This document shows, one piece after another, positions 12,095-24,383 of a stretch of DNA of 64,000 nt; position 1 is the stretch's first letter, and each line of letters starts with the position of its first letter. Under the pieces are notes generated by a model. It was given only the letters and a program-made list of their open reading frames with translations, searched no databases and had not been told where the DNA came from. Source of the stretch: Marsupella aquatica. Lineage: Eukaryota; Plantae; Marchantiophyta. The DNA lies in NCBI GenBank assembly GCA_973895155.1, contig OZ316898.1:20595292-20659291 (forward strand). Reading direction: 5' to 3'. The translations under genes and the position numbers were made by a program.

Positions 12095-13935
12095 GATCAT
12101 GGGGGTACGAGCTTAACTCCTCACCTTGGATATAATGTAAAATGTCGCCCAAAGATGCAGCCAGCTTCCTGCGGCACGGCTCCAAAACTAAAGCCTAGAA
12201 AGGAATTTCAATCCAAACCGGAAGAAGGGTGTACGATTCACTTTTGATATCAAAAGAAGGATCCCACAGAAAGGTGAAAACAAACTTTCAATCCAGGAAC
12301 CAAGGAGCTTTAGCAAGAGCCAAGTTGCGGTGAGCAGGGTCCTTGAAGACAATCATGTAGAAGTTTTTCCCACAAACTTAACTTGAGAGATTGGCCATTT
12401 CAAATCCACAACAAAGGTCTTGTTCACCCAAAATTTAAATGTCGGAAGCAGAGGCGGGCAATCGGTGAAGTAGCACATCATTGTGCGGTTGAAAAGTTCT
12501 TTCACAATCTCGATCAGCCGCTTCCTCTAGGGACCACTCGATGGTGGTATGCAGTTTAGAAGGCCAGTCTTGAACCTACAAGTCCGCAATTTGCCTCAGA
12601 ATGGGGATACAGGCTTCGGCTTCTTCAGCACAATGATTCGCCTGAGAGCGGCTCAAGGGTGGGGCACTCGAAGCACCAGGATCAGCAATTCCAGGTGGGC
12701 GAGTGAATTGACCAGCTCCAACACTGGTGCGCACCTCATTGGCAATCCTCCTGTCACCAATGTCATCCTGAAAAAGATTCTCATAAGGATTCATCAGTCT
12801 TTCCTCCAGAACCTCCATTGGCACATGTTCTCAACTATGGGAGTCCCACCGTGAGAAGCCATCCGCCTCAGTGCCGGATGAATGAAGCCCATACCAACTT
12901 TGTAATTGATTGACCGGGGCGCAAATCCCAGGAGTGCTAGTAGGAACAGCATAGGAAGGACCGCCAGGGCCCGAACCAACATCCTGATCAGAGAAATTTG
13001 CACCAGAGTTGATTCCTCGAGGTGAAGAAGGCCTAACAGCCAAAGGTACAAGCGGGGAAGAGGAGGACGAGTTAGCCTAGTGGCCAGCCCCCCCTCAGTG
13101 TCTCGCAAAGACTGTGTATCTCTCATTGCCCACCCATCATGTAAGTAAGCTGGGCCAAAATCAAGTGCTCCTCGACCAGTCATGTGAGTGCCAAATCCCG
13201 AACCACCTCTCCGATTAGAATTCATCCCAGATCAACACCGGGTCGAAGGTAGAGGCGTCTAACAACAAACGCAAAGTGGAAAAGGAACGAGAGTAAAATT
13301 ATTAAGAAAGTATCGCATTCAGCAGCCCATAGCAGGGACCAAAATAACTCATTGCTAAAAGTAATACACAGGAAGAAGAAGAGGGGTCCCACTTCAAGTC
13401 TCCAATTGTTCGCAGCGTGAAAAGCGTCTCTCCAAAGAGGCAAAACACAAACCAGGAGCCGGGAGCATGTTCAACTTCAGTGCACAGACACACATCCAAA
13501 GGTTTGCATAAATCTCATCCGTTGACGGGAGGGAGCAGGGTAAAATGCCAATGAGTAACCAAGAGATTAAGATGCAGTGTAAAGTAGTATCGGTATCCAG
13601 AAGGAGCCTAAATCAGTAAGTAAACTGGCACCGAATTGATGATAACGCTGTAATCCAAAACTCTACAAGAGGATTAAGAAGTCATCAAGCCCTAATGCAC
13701 TTAACGCAGACCATGATCATCATTTAGATAACCAAAAGATGCTTTGATCAAATCAGCGCACAAAGTAAAACATCTTCCGGAGGGAAGCAACAGTGATCAG
13801 CATCCAAGCAACGCCAATGACAGGTCAAAACGAGCCAGAGAAACTAAAAAAATCTAAAAAACCCTAAAACGCAGAGCTCCGCCAGGTCTCACAGTCCATT
13901 AGGTCTCACAGTCCTCAAATCGCCCCTCAAAAACC
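12095..13935 (-). mobile_element. 5' part of an L1-type LINE (5' UTR + degraded ORF1, DUF4283-like), cut by CACTA-1
   Basis: Minus-strand translation GKNFYMIVFKDPAHRNLALAKAPWFLD*KFVFTFLWDPSFDIKSESYTLLPVWIEIPF*...LAASLGDILHY is typical of plant L1 ORF1. It contains multiple stops. The 5' boundary is approximate. Confidence 0.7.
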
Positions 13936-14352
13936 AGTTCTCACATCACTTGGCAGGACTCCTTTCACCATGACAAGCTTAAACTGTCCAGCCCAACTTA
14001 TATTCTCACATTGCAAAGGTTCATCATCTAAGCAATGAGGACAAAAACAACAAAGTTCTCTGACTTGAAGGAGAGTTGATAGGCGGTTACTAAATCCATC
14101 AAAGCAGTGTAAGGATCGGGAACCTGGGATAGGATCACAATCCCATTTCTTCTTGCGATTGATAGCTCTCATTGGAATCTCCCAAAACAGACGTCAAACA
14201 AGTTGGACGTCTCCATACTCCTTTTCTTGGCCCATAGCAAATTTGTCCTTGCAGAACAAAACCACATCATGGGCATTCTCCAATCGATGTCCATGGATTC
14301 CCTTCAGCTGTTCTCTCTCAATCCCTTGCTTTATGTGGCCTCCAAGGGCATC
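13927..14352 (-). pseudogene. Fragment of a Sola2-like DDD transposase C-terminal region
   Basis: DALGGHIKQGIEREQL...LENAHDVVLFC...*RLFWEIP...IPGSRSLHCF...RELCCFCPHC resembles the region after the last catalytic Asp and the Cys cluster of Sola2-like transposases. The assignment is by motif recall only. Confidence 0.5.
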
Positions 14353-14524
14353 CTAAAAGCACACACCATAGTACTCATCTCAGGAAATGAAACTTGGATG
14401 ATGAATGTATATAGAACAACAAATTTACTATAGGGAACTTCAGCTTAAAACATAATCTGGAATGAGCGGATGTACATGTGAAGTAATATTGCAACTTACA
14501 GCGACACCTTTTCCGTGCCCTGAA

Positions 14525-14777
14525 CTTGGGGGGGTCAGTATATAAAGGGTCATACATCACGTGCGACGGTTTGGGTCATTTATGACCCCCCTAAGTATTC
14601 ACTTTCTAGAAAGTTGTACGGCACCAATCATGTGATGACATGTATGCATTTTGCAATTAAACAACCCTATATTTCCATAGAAGACTTAATAAGTCTTCCG
14701 CCAAAACCATTTAAATGGCCTTATACTTCGTCGCACATGATATGCCACTTCCATGGGAGTGACCCCCCCCCCCCGAG
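14525..14777. mobile_element. Second, inverted member of the CTCGGGGG-TIR MITE family
   Basis: The right end (reverse complement CTCG(G)nTCACTCCCATGGAAGTGGCATATCATGTGCGACGAAGTATA) matches the left end of 4319-4615. The left end matches the other end of that element. No TSD is visible. Confidence 0.7.
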
Positions 14778-15009
14778 ATTGCATGTGATCCAGAAAAGCC
14801 TGCTTCTTCACGAAGTGTTGACATGAGTCATCCGTCATGATTTTGCAAAGAAAACCTTCAGACCCTAATGTTCTTTTGTGGGATGGATTTTTAGCTCGCA
14901 TCCAATGTTTGTTCATCTTGGCTATTGGGAACTTCTCCCATTCTGACTCTGGTGGAACAGGAGGCTTCCCCTTCCTAGGCCCTACGGCACATTGCCGAGA
15001 TGGCGCCAT
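14778..15009 (-). pseudogene. Truncated ORF with a C2H2-like zinc-finger start
   Basis: MAPSRQ...FLCKIMTDDSCQHFVKKQAFLDHMQ is cut off exactly at the MITE end at 14777. Confidence 0.3.
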
Positions 15010-17932
15010 CCCCTGCATGACAGTACCAAAGCAACGCTGAGTAGAACATAAACTGTGAATCTGAAGCAAGAGTTGGGAGCGACATTGAAACAATCCATTT
15101 AATTGGTAACACCAGAGACAAAGTACTCGTCTGACATGCAGCAGCGATCATCTGAATGAGTTGCTTACTTGAGCAGGATGTCCGAGTGAGTTGTCGGACT
15201 TGAGTTTCAAAATTGGTCGAAGGCGAAATGTGATAGAACCTAAACAATGGTCGTGTGCAAGCGCAGCGTGCTTGAGTGGTCTTGCAGGGTTTGACAGCAG
15301 TCGACTGTCGAGACGGGGCAGGGGAGGGTAGCGTTGGCAGGGTTGGGGAGTCGGTTCGCGCTCCTGCCCGAATTCAAAACGGACAGACGATGGACGGAAA
15401 TGCAGTTTAGGCAGTCGAAGGAGAAATGGTAGAACATAAACCTAGGTCGCGTTCTACCATTTTGTGACGGGCAGCGTACGGGGTGCCGCTAAACTTGGAG
15501 CGCATTAACGCGGTGTTGATTTAATCTAGTAAGGGTGTTTCTTGTTGTGCCTCTCACATCACCCAACATTATAAACAACAACACTATCTTCACTTTGGAT
15601 CTGATGAAGAACCTTGATGGCTCTTCCTTTCATAAACATTCTCTCTGTCTTTAGTTTCTGGTCTTGATCCTGTAGAGCATCTACGTGCAAGTTTTACTGT
15701 TCCTGGTCACTTCTGCATATCCACACGCCCTGGCATGTTGTCCTGACTGTACATCTTGTGGTTGTTTTTGACACACTTGTCTTGAACAACACTCTGGCTG
15801 CTTCAACAACATTCCCGTGGCTCACATGACACAAGCACAGCAGGTGACTATTTCTGAATTTTCTTTACCCCGTGTATTGCTCCATTTGTTAGGCTAGCCC
15901 CTAAACCCATTCCCCCATTATGGGGTGGATGAGCAGGAGTCCGGAGCTTTTCCGGAGAAGTCCTCCTAAATAAGTTTAAGGTCTGAAGTAACTTAGCGGG
16001 AATGGGTATACCCACACAATCTACCTTAAAGATCTCCTTGCCACCCAATCTATGTACCCTACTAGTTTATAAAGTCAACATAATGTAATCATTTGAGGAT
16101 TAAAACTAAAATTTAACTTTCAAGGCAGTGTAAGTATAGTTAATAATGGATTATTACAGTCAAGACAAAAAAAACATACTTTAGTATGAGCTTCCCTTCA
16201 AACAGTCACAATTTCCTACATAAAGCACTCCCAACATCCCATATACTCATTGAGTAGACAGTATAATTAAACGTGATTGTATACTAAAGAACATACCATA
16301 TTTTAAAGAGTTTTAAGTATCTGTGTCATCTTATTAGTTCACCATACTGGGTGACCTATATTTATCAAGCAAATTGTGGTGAGATCTATGTTAAAAAAAT
16401 AGCATTTAAAACTCTATATATCACAATCCCACAAACATGAGACACAATAAATGGAGAGGAAAAGGGGAAGTTTAGGGTTTGGGAAACAAGGGAAAACCAA
16501 GGAAGACCAAAGACCCCAAAATCCCGAGTGTCAACCAAAGTCTCCCACAATCAATGTTTAGCAACCAAAGGACAACTGCTGGAGGTCCACAATCCATAGG
16601 AAATTAATGGATTCCTTGACCCACATTGCTCCTTGGTGCATTATAATTTTTTAAAACAGCATATTAAGCTAGTACATCCACAAAGAGGGCCACAAAGAAG
16701 GATTATATATGTGTTATTAAGAAGACTGTCACCAGAAACTCCATGGTAATTAATTGGTTACAACTACATCTGCAATTGGGCATGGAATTAAACAGATGTT
16801 TCCTCCACTACTACTAAGCTGCAATGGACACAATCTCACAATCTTGAACTTACTATTGTTCCATTTTGCCCCGGCTGAGAAAGCCTCTAAAAGTTGTGTG
16901 AAATTAGGTGACATCGCTCAGTTCTAACTGCATCCAATTTGAATATTGCCAATGACTTGTGCTTGCAAGAGAGTTAGGGCTGACCTTAGACACCTGATTG
17001 CGAGCAACCTTTTGCCACAGCATCAAGAGGATATATATGTTTCAGATGCAGCACTAGTCACCCTGTGGCAGGGTGCTTGACGTGTGCCAGCATTGATGTC
17101 ATTCTTCACTTGTTGGTTTGGTGCTCATCGGGGTGCTCATGCTGTCAATGCTTTCTTGGGTCTTCAAGATGCGTTACAATTAGTCAGACCCTTTGCTTTT
17201 GCGCCTGCAATCAAAATTGATAGATTGAGCTTAACATAAGAATGGCAACAATTAATGGCTTTGTGAAAAAAATTTGTTTGAATCTATAAGATTGCATGAC
17301 AGCATTAAATGTTTGCACCAATTACTTCTTTGGGGTTCAACATTATTTTGTGGAGCCTGATTCTTGTTGCATACTTGTTTAGCTAGGATGCTTTGGAGTG
17401 CGTCTACTGTCAGCTTTTCCAATTAATTTGGCTTGGGAGGACAATGCTTTGTACGTCCTTCGTTTTAATTTGCAACCTCTCTAGCTGGGACAGTGTCACG
17501 TGTCAACGGTTTTTGACAAAGCTTGACTTTGTCATCATCTGGCTTTGTTTTCCTCTTTTGTTTTCCCTTCATGAGTTTTTCACCCAGTTCTGATCGAGAA
17601 TTGTTACAAACTCACAATCTGACCATCGAAGTACACTAACTAAAGGCCCCAAGGTCTGCATTGATTTGAGCCTTAGCTAGTTTGCAAGTGGGCAGAACAT
17701 AGACCTTTTGCATCATTTTTTGTCCATGCCCTCCTGACATGCGAGGTACAGAAGGTGATAGCCACGTCTTGGGAGACATTCATTGTTCCAAAACGGGACA
17801 ATCCTGTACTTGTCAAGGAGCTGAATTTCAATGGCATTGTACGAGGCACGCGTACTACACTTCAAAAATAGACATTCAAAGGAAATTATGCACCTGAGTT
17901 ATTTACTTGATGGCAATCTGCACCTTCAGTTG

Positions 17933-18106
17933 TGTCGTGACATATAGTATCGTAACCATAGTGCATCAAAAATATATAAGTCACCGGCAATGCATATGTG
18001 CAAGCTGCTAGCACCAACATGCATAGAAAAAGTCCCATCACATTTACAAGTGTCAAGAAAAAGTAAATGAGGTGGTATGTACATAGTGGAAGTGTAAACC
18101 TCTATA
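17933..18106 (-). mobile_element. Solo LTR related to the methyltransferase-bearing Gypsy element
   Basis: Colinear, diverged match to 37975-38149 (TGTCGTGACATATAGTATCGTA...AAGTCACCGGCAATGCATATGTGCAAG...TGAGGTGGTATGTAC...GTGTAAACCTCT). No adjacent PBS, PPT or clear TSD. Confidence 0.8.
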
Positions 18107-21100
18107 TATATAAGAGGCGTAAGAGAAATAAGTGTACCAAAAACATTTCTTGCAAAAAATGACTTGCATGGGAAGGAAGTCACAAATTTCAGTTACGTTA
18201 ATTTACCAATGATCATGTCTTTTGGAGGTAAACTCCCCTGTTTTTCATTTTCAACTTCTCTTGAACTCTGTTGCCCATTACCTCTTGAACTCTGTTGCCC
18301 TCTATGGACCCTTCTAAATCCTCTTTCATTGGCCCGTGGTAAATCCTCCACAAAGGACTGCATGCAAGTCTACAACTGGTGAGTCCTTAGTTAATTGGAC
18401 AATTGTATGACTTTGGGTATGACTCTAGGAATAGCAACATCCTCTGTTGCAAATGTGAAAAATAATGTCATTGGTTCCAGCCATTCAACCTTGAATGCAG
18501 GTCCCCTTTTGTGCTCCTCATTCACAAGTTGGTAGAGCATCTGGTCTGGTGAAACGATTGAGGATGGTTTTACTTACTACCGGCAAAGAGTTTGGCCATA
18601 AGGCCAGCAAATTTTGGGCAAATTTGGCTGGGAAATGGAACACCTATTGCTTACCCCATCAAATTGCTCGTAGACAGCAGGAGAAGATCAAGGAGAAGAT
18701 GTGCACTATCATGTCACATTGTGTACATTGGATTTTCCCGCCATTTCAGCACAATTTTGAATGCATACCTAGCCGCAACCTATATCTTAGATCATAGAGT
18801 GTAGAGCACTAGCATATGAGTTTGAGATAATCAGTACATTGAAGGGCTGATCTGGCCAATGGAATTGTTTGCGGTAGTTTTGAGACGGGTTTTTGCAACG
18901 GGGTCAATCCCGCCCGGGGTGGTGTGGGCCCCAGTATATAATAGGGCGTCTCAAAGATAGCCAGTTGCATTCCCGATGGACACCCAGTACTTCCGTGACG
19001 CAGGTCACCCGAATCAGGTGGTCGGCCCACCGAGTTCATCACCACAAATTTCTTACCGGGTTTTCAATGATGCGGACTTACACTATGTCCATCACATACG
19101 CTCGCACGTACGGACTGACTTAATTTAGGTTCAAGACAAGGTTCAACCCCTGTTTTTGTAGCACCCAATTTTGGGTCCCGGTGTTCATTTTCGGGAAGCA
19201 ATCTGAGGCATCCGGGTGACTGGAAGGAGCCCAAAAAACTCTAGGGTTGAGACGCCCTAATACCCGCCCTAATATTGAACAATATATGGGCACAGTGCGG
19301 CGGGTGGCGGACGGGTGGTTGGTCGCAGGGCCAGGGGCATCAACTGAAGGCGACCGGGACATTTTTTGCCTGGTGTCTAAAACCTGAGGCGCAACATGGC
19401 GACAAAACTGCCCAAAGGGTTCCCTGCCCATATTAGTACAGTCATTAGGAATATTGATTTGCCTGGAGATTACTTTTAGTGCTTAGTTGACTCTTCAAGA
19501 CTTAGTCATAAAGCTTTATGACTGAGTCTTTATGACTGAGTCCTGAGGCATGGGCCAGGGTGGTGGGACACAGGAAAGTCATATTAAAAATGTATAATGG
19601 AAGTACAATATCAGGAAAAATGCATGCAGCACTTGTGTGTAGCAAATTGGTGGGCTGCCCTTTCAAACAGATAATTATCTCCTCCTAACGAATCTACGTC
19701 AATGAGACAAGGTGTCCCTTATAGATCGATCGCCTTTGCTTTTTCTGATACAAATGCAGACGGACTGGGATTACTAGAAGGGGCCGGGTTAAATTTGAGG
19801 TGAACGAAGTCCTGGTTAATGGTGAAGACATTTAGCTGGTTAGTCTGGCTGCCTCGGTGAAAGTACATTTGTTTCGAGCCTGAAGTTTTTCATTATAAAA
19901 CCTACACTGGGTCCACTGTATCAGCTGGCTTTCTACCCTATTCTAAGGAGATGACGTCCTCTCGATCACTCGAGTGACTTGGTGCTGTTTGATATGCAGT
20001 CTAGATGTCGGTTTACGCCTCCTGCAAGGAAGGAGCAATTCAAGATAAAAATTTAAAAAACCCCAAACTTGCTTTGATAAGATTTGTAGCCATCAGGTAT
20101 GAAGAGTTGCGTTACTTGTAAGCTAGGTAGAGGTAGAAGTGCTGGCAGCATGTGACCTTAGGATTATCGGGTAGGTGACGCTCCACAACTGCGTGTCTCC
20201 CTATAGTTAATTTGGAAGATAGTGGTTGGATTTAGTGTAGTAAATTATAGCCCGGTGATCTTCCTCCAATTCAGGCTCTTTCAGCCTCTACTTATACGGC
20301 CTTCAGTGGCGTTCTCAACACACAGTTCTAGTTAGACATTGTTTCGAACAGAAAGGTCCAATACGAGTAAGAAAGGTCCAATACGAGTAGTATTCGACGC
20401 GATACTGAGAATTGTGTCTCTAATACATCTAGAGCCGGGTCGGATCTTAGGACCCGTTCTAGACAGCACCTAATTGATGATGTCAACTGACTCATGATCA
20501 ACCTCTCGATGAACACTCTGGGCAGCGACGACTAGACTCACGCGCGGCTGCGATATTTCACGATTTTCTTTTTATCCCGTTTTTTATTAATGCCCTATCA
20601 ATCAGGTGCTCGCTCAAGAAGTGCCCACTCAGCAAATTTAAGACTACAGGAGCCTTCGCATGTCGAGCGATCACGTACCATCAGCGGGACCATCAGTAGC
20701 TTCCTCATTCCGAAACAACATAACGTGCCCTAGCTACACGCAACCCGGCAACCAGACCTTTAATAACAATAAGTTAAGTAGAATCGACCTTAAATGTCAC
20801 CCAAGGGAACACGTATATACTCGGCGCGAGCAGTTACTCAATCGTTCGAACGTGGTTACGATCGGTACATCACATGTCTACACATAAGTGTCGACTCAGA
20901 ATTAGACCAAACATGACAAAAGATCGATCCGCACGTAGAATTTGGTACATCTTATGCAACTTGTTTTTGAACTTCGGGCTCGAAATTTTGCCATACGTTC
21001 TTAACTCCTTTTCACTGTAGAAGTTTAGTTGTGCATCATGTCGTCAATAAGTTTTCGGGTAGCGGGGACTAATTGCAAAACGTCGTCGATCTAAGCTTTC

Positions 21101-21348
21101 GACCAATGTACAAGTGTGCAAGAAGTTCAGCGTGCGATGGGATGCGGGTACCTCGATCGTTCAAGCTTGTACGTACGTGCACGACTCTAACGTCACAAGA
21201 AGTCGGACTACCATTTTCCTGGGATCGCAAAGCGCGTTAGGACAATTGATGATTATTATTCGATATCTGGGAATTCCTTCAAGCCCACGGTATTTAAAGT
21301 GCAGAGCTCTTGATTTTGACCTTCGATAAATTGGACTAGGGTGCCATC

Positions 21349-23187
21349 ATGGGAGTGAACTTGGATCCAGCCACGCACATGGTGACGAACATGAAAAAAG
21401 ATCGAAGGGCCTGCCGTGTAGCCACAGTACTCGTGTTCTTTGTGGTGATCGTTTGCTTCTCCTTCGACCTTACTAGTGTCAATTTCCAACGACTACGCTC
21501 CAGTGACTTCGGTGAGCTTAACTCAACGACTCCGCATGGACAGGATGAATCGTCAAAAGGAGTGCGAAATGGCGTGCGGCCTGACTTCTCATTAAAGCAG
21601 CCCAAAGTCCCGCCCAAAGTTGAAGAGCTTTTGGACAAACTGAGAGAAAAGTCTCGACTTGCTGCTGACGGAAATGACTACAGTCTCAAAGCTGCCGAGA
21701 GAAAGGCTTGGCACGAGCAAAATTCTTGCCAGAGCCGCTCAGAGCTGCCTGCAATCTATGCTACGAGGAAACACGTCAGAGATATCTCGAGCAACCCAAT
21801 GTGGGACCAGGTCTTTGATGAGTACACCAACCTCCACCGCATATGCATGAAGAGAGTGGGGAATGTATCAGAGCACTTCCGCAACAAATCTCAAGTCACC
21901 GTGCCTGGCTGCAAGTTTGTACTCGCAGAAGGGGAGTTTGGATTGGGGAACAAGTTTATGGTCACAGTTTCAGCAATTCTCTACGCCGTCGTCACGCAAA
22001 GAGTGCTTCTGGTGCCCTCGTCGATGACCTTTCAGGCAATCCTTTGTGAGCCATTCGTGGGTTCGTCCTGGCTTCTTGATGTTGGCACCTTTCCTATGCC
22101 TCAGGGTGAAAACAGCACATGGGAAAAGAGCCCCGTCTTCGAGCAGAACTTGGATCATAGGTTGAAAGCGCTCACAGAAACTGAGGGTCAGGGAACGGGG
22201 AATTACTCGGATGAACTTCAGGTGGACGGAACGTTGCCTCCCGTGGTGGATGCCGTCGTAATAGCTGCAGACTTCCCATGGCTGCCTGAAAAGTGGTTCT
22301 ACTGCAGCACGGAGCAGAAATTTCTTGCGGAAGTTCCTTGGATTTACTTTTCCGGGTGCATATACACCGTACCTGAGCTGTTCGGCAGTGCTCCATTCGG
22401 CTCCACCCTGCAGGCCTTGTTTCCAGACAGAATCGTGAGCACCCGGCTCCTGAGATCCGCGTTCCTCCCAAGCGACAGCGTGTGGAGTCGGTTCAAGCAC
22501 CTCAACCACTTGTACTTCCAGGATGTCAATCTCCGAGTTGGAATTCAGGTCCGGTTCTTCGCCGACCGCCATAAAACCATGAGTGGGGTGATGAATGACC
22601 GTATTCTAGATTGCGCCTTAACAAACGGCATCCTCCCCAACATCAATGAAACTGGAGCTGAACGCCCCAGCAGCCCTAAGTTCCTATCACCTCCAATTAC
22701 CAGAGTCTTCATCGCCTCGTTGCACTCGGAATTGCAAAGCCACTTGAGCGAGTTCTACCTCCGGAGTCCTACTCTGAATGGGGAGGCCGTGGGACTGGTC
22801 CAAATCACCACCCGTCGACAGCAGGCGAGCGGGACAGAAGAAGATCGAGAGGCGTTGGTGGAGATGCTTCTCCTCAGTGTCTCGGACAGATTGCTGGTAA
22901 CTCCGACCTCCACTTTCGGAGGGATGGGGCAAGCTTATGGAGGTCTCACTCCCTGGTTCATCCGAGTCACCAGCGACGATGGGCCCTCCTGTGAGCGAGG
23001 GCAAACGATTGATCCTTGCGAGCAGACAGCTGCCCTCGGGTACGAGTGTCCCAAGGATCCTCCCAGCCCTCCTCAATGGCACGGTGTCGTGGGGGATTGT
23101 CTGAAGATCGATCTGGGTGAACGGATCTCCTGCGGAATTCAAATACTGGATCATCATCTTGAGAGCGTAGAAGCCCAAGAACTGTAG
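21349..23187 (+). CDS. GT37 family fucosyltransferase (xyloglucan/galactoside 2-alpha-L-fucosyltransferase-like), type II Golgi membrane protein, intronless
   Basis: 612-aa ORF with an N-terminal TM segment (VATVLVFFVVIVCFSF). Motifs: GLGNKF, RVLLV, CEPFVGSSWL, RVGIQVR, ALVEMLLLSVSDRLLVTPTSTFGGMGQAYGGLTPW. Confidence 0.93.
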   Translation: MGVNLDPATHMVTNMKKDRRACRVATVLVFFVVIVCFSFDLTSVNFQRLRSSDFGELNSTTPHGQDESSKGVRNGVRPDFSLKQPKVPPKVEELLDKLREKSRLAADGNDYSLKAAERKAWHEQNSCQSRSELPAIYATRKHVRDISSNPMWDQVFDEYTNLHRICMKRVGNVSEHFRNKSQVTVPGCKFVLAEGEFGLGNKFMVTVSAILYAVVTQRVLLVPSSMTFQAILCEPFVGSSWLLDVGTFPMPQGENSTWEKSPVFEQNLDHRLKALTETEGQGTGNYSDELQVDGTLPPVVDAVVIAADFPWLPEKWFYCSTEQKFLAEVPWIYFSGCIYTVPELFGSAPFGSTLQALFPDRIVSTRLLRSAFLPSDSVWSRFKHLNHLYFQDVNLRVGIQVRFFADRHKTMSGVMNDRILDCALTNGILPNINETGAERPSSPKFLSPPITRVFIASLHSELQSHLSEFYLRSPTLNGEAVGLVQITTRRQQASGTEEDREALVEMLLLSVSDRLLVTPTSTFGGMGQAYGGLTPWFIRVTSDDGPSCERGQTIDPCEQTAALGYECPKDPPSPPQWHGVVGDCLKIDLGERISCGIQILDHHLESVEAQEL

Positions 23188-23469
23188 CACTTACTGAACA
23201 TGATCAGACATAATTGTCCTTGTTGTTGTCGTGAGAAGCGAACGGATCAAGCTTTTGTTCCAATTCTGGCTTATTATATTTCTTTGCTCGATTTTTGGTG
23301 CTTTTTACGAGTATCGACGTAAGGTGGATTGCTTGAAGAGTTGCTGCGACGCGCAATCGCAAGAATTCTAGTGGATTCATGAATTCATGAACTTCCGAAG
23401 TGATCGGTTCGCAACACACTGTTCGCAAAAAAAATTAAAAGAACATGTTGTGATTAGCTCAATGTTTGT

Positions 23470-24090
23470 GCATTGTCCATAAGATCTGGAAGGGAGAAAA
23501 AGATATTAAAGATAATAAAAATATTTTGAGGTGAGAAAAGATATCAAGGGAAAAAAAAAATGTAAAGAGAGAAAAAACATATCTAGGTGATAAAAAGTGG
23601 TAGAGGGGGGAAAAATATTTTGAGGTGACAAAAAGATGTCCAGATGAAACAAAGATTTTGAGGTGAGAAAAAAATGTTGAAGAAAGAAACATATGTCAAG
23701 GATTGATTGAGGCGAGAAAGATAGGGGAAATGATGTTAAGGCAAAAAAAGATGTTCAAGCCAAAAAAAAGATGTCAAAGGAGGGCCAAGACATTGAGGCA
23801 AGAAAAGATGTCAAGGCTAGGTGAAGCAAGAAAATTTAGGCTTTGCAAGGTAGACTTAGAGGCAGGTTATGTGTCATTGGAGCCATATAGTTAGGTTATG
23901 TGTCATTGCAGCCATATAGTTGTTGCAGCCATGTCAAGGCAAGACAAAAAGTTGAGGCAAGTTTAGAGTTACAATGAGGCAAAGATGTTGGGATGAGGCA
24001 AAGATGTTAGGGAGGTTTTATTTTATTTTGGGAAAAGATGTTGTTATTGTTGTGAAAGCTACATTGTTGAGGAGAGCAAAGATGTGGGAG
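23470..24090. repeat. Degenerate purine-rich minisatellite (AAGATGTTGAGG-like units)
   Basis: Recurrent AAAGAT(G/A)T..AGG motifs with strong A/G skew. Confidence 0.55.
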
Positions 24091-24383
24091 AGTAAGAGGG
24101 AGTGCAAGAGAGGTGATGGCCCCCTAGGGGCTTTGCAGGGTCAAGGTGTGGTCACACAATGTTATTGGGAGGGGAACATTTTAATTCCCTTGCCACTCCA
24201 TTCCTCCCCCTTTTCTTACCTCTGGCACCATTAAATAAACAGAAAAGATGGAAAATTAAATAAAGAGAAGGAAAAAAAAGGGACTGTAAAGCAAAATTCA
24301 ACCATATTTTATGATAGTCTATCTAAAATAGTCTATCATTGGACTCAGTTGGATGAGCACAACTAATCTTTACGGAACCCACT

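Noticed and set aside
16700-18800. Coding-like stretches on the minus strand
   Set aside because: All frames have many stops and no family could be recognised.
21970-23190. 200-aa and 167-aa minus-strand ORFs
   Set aside because: They are antisense shadows of the GC-rich fucosyltransferase CDS.
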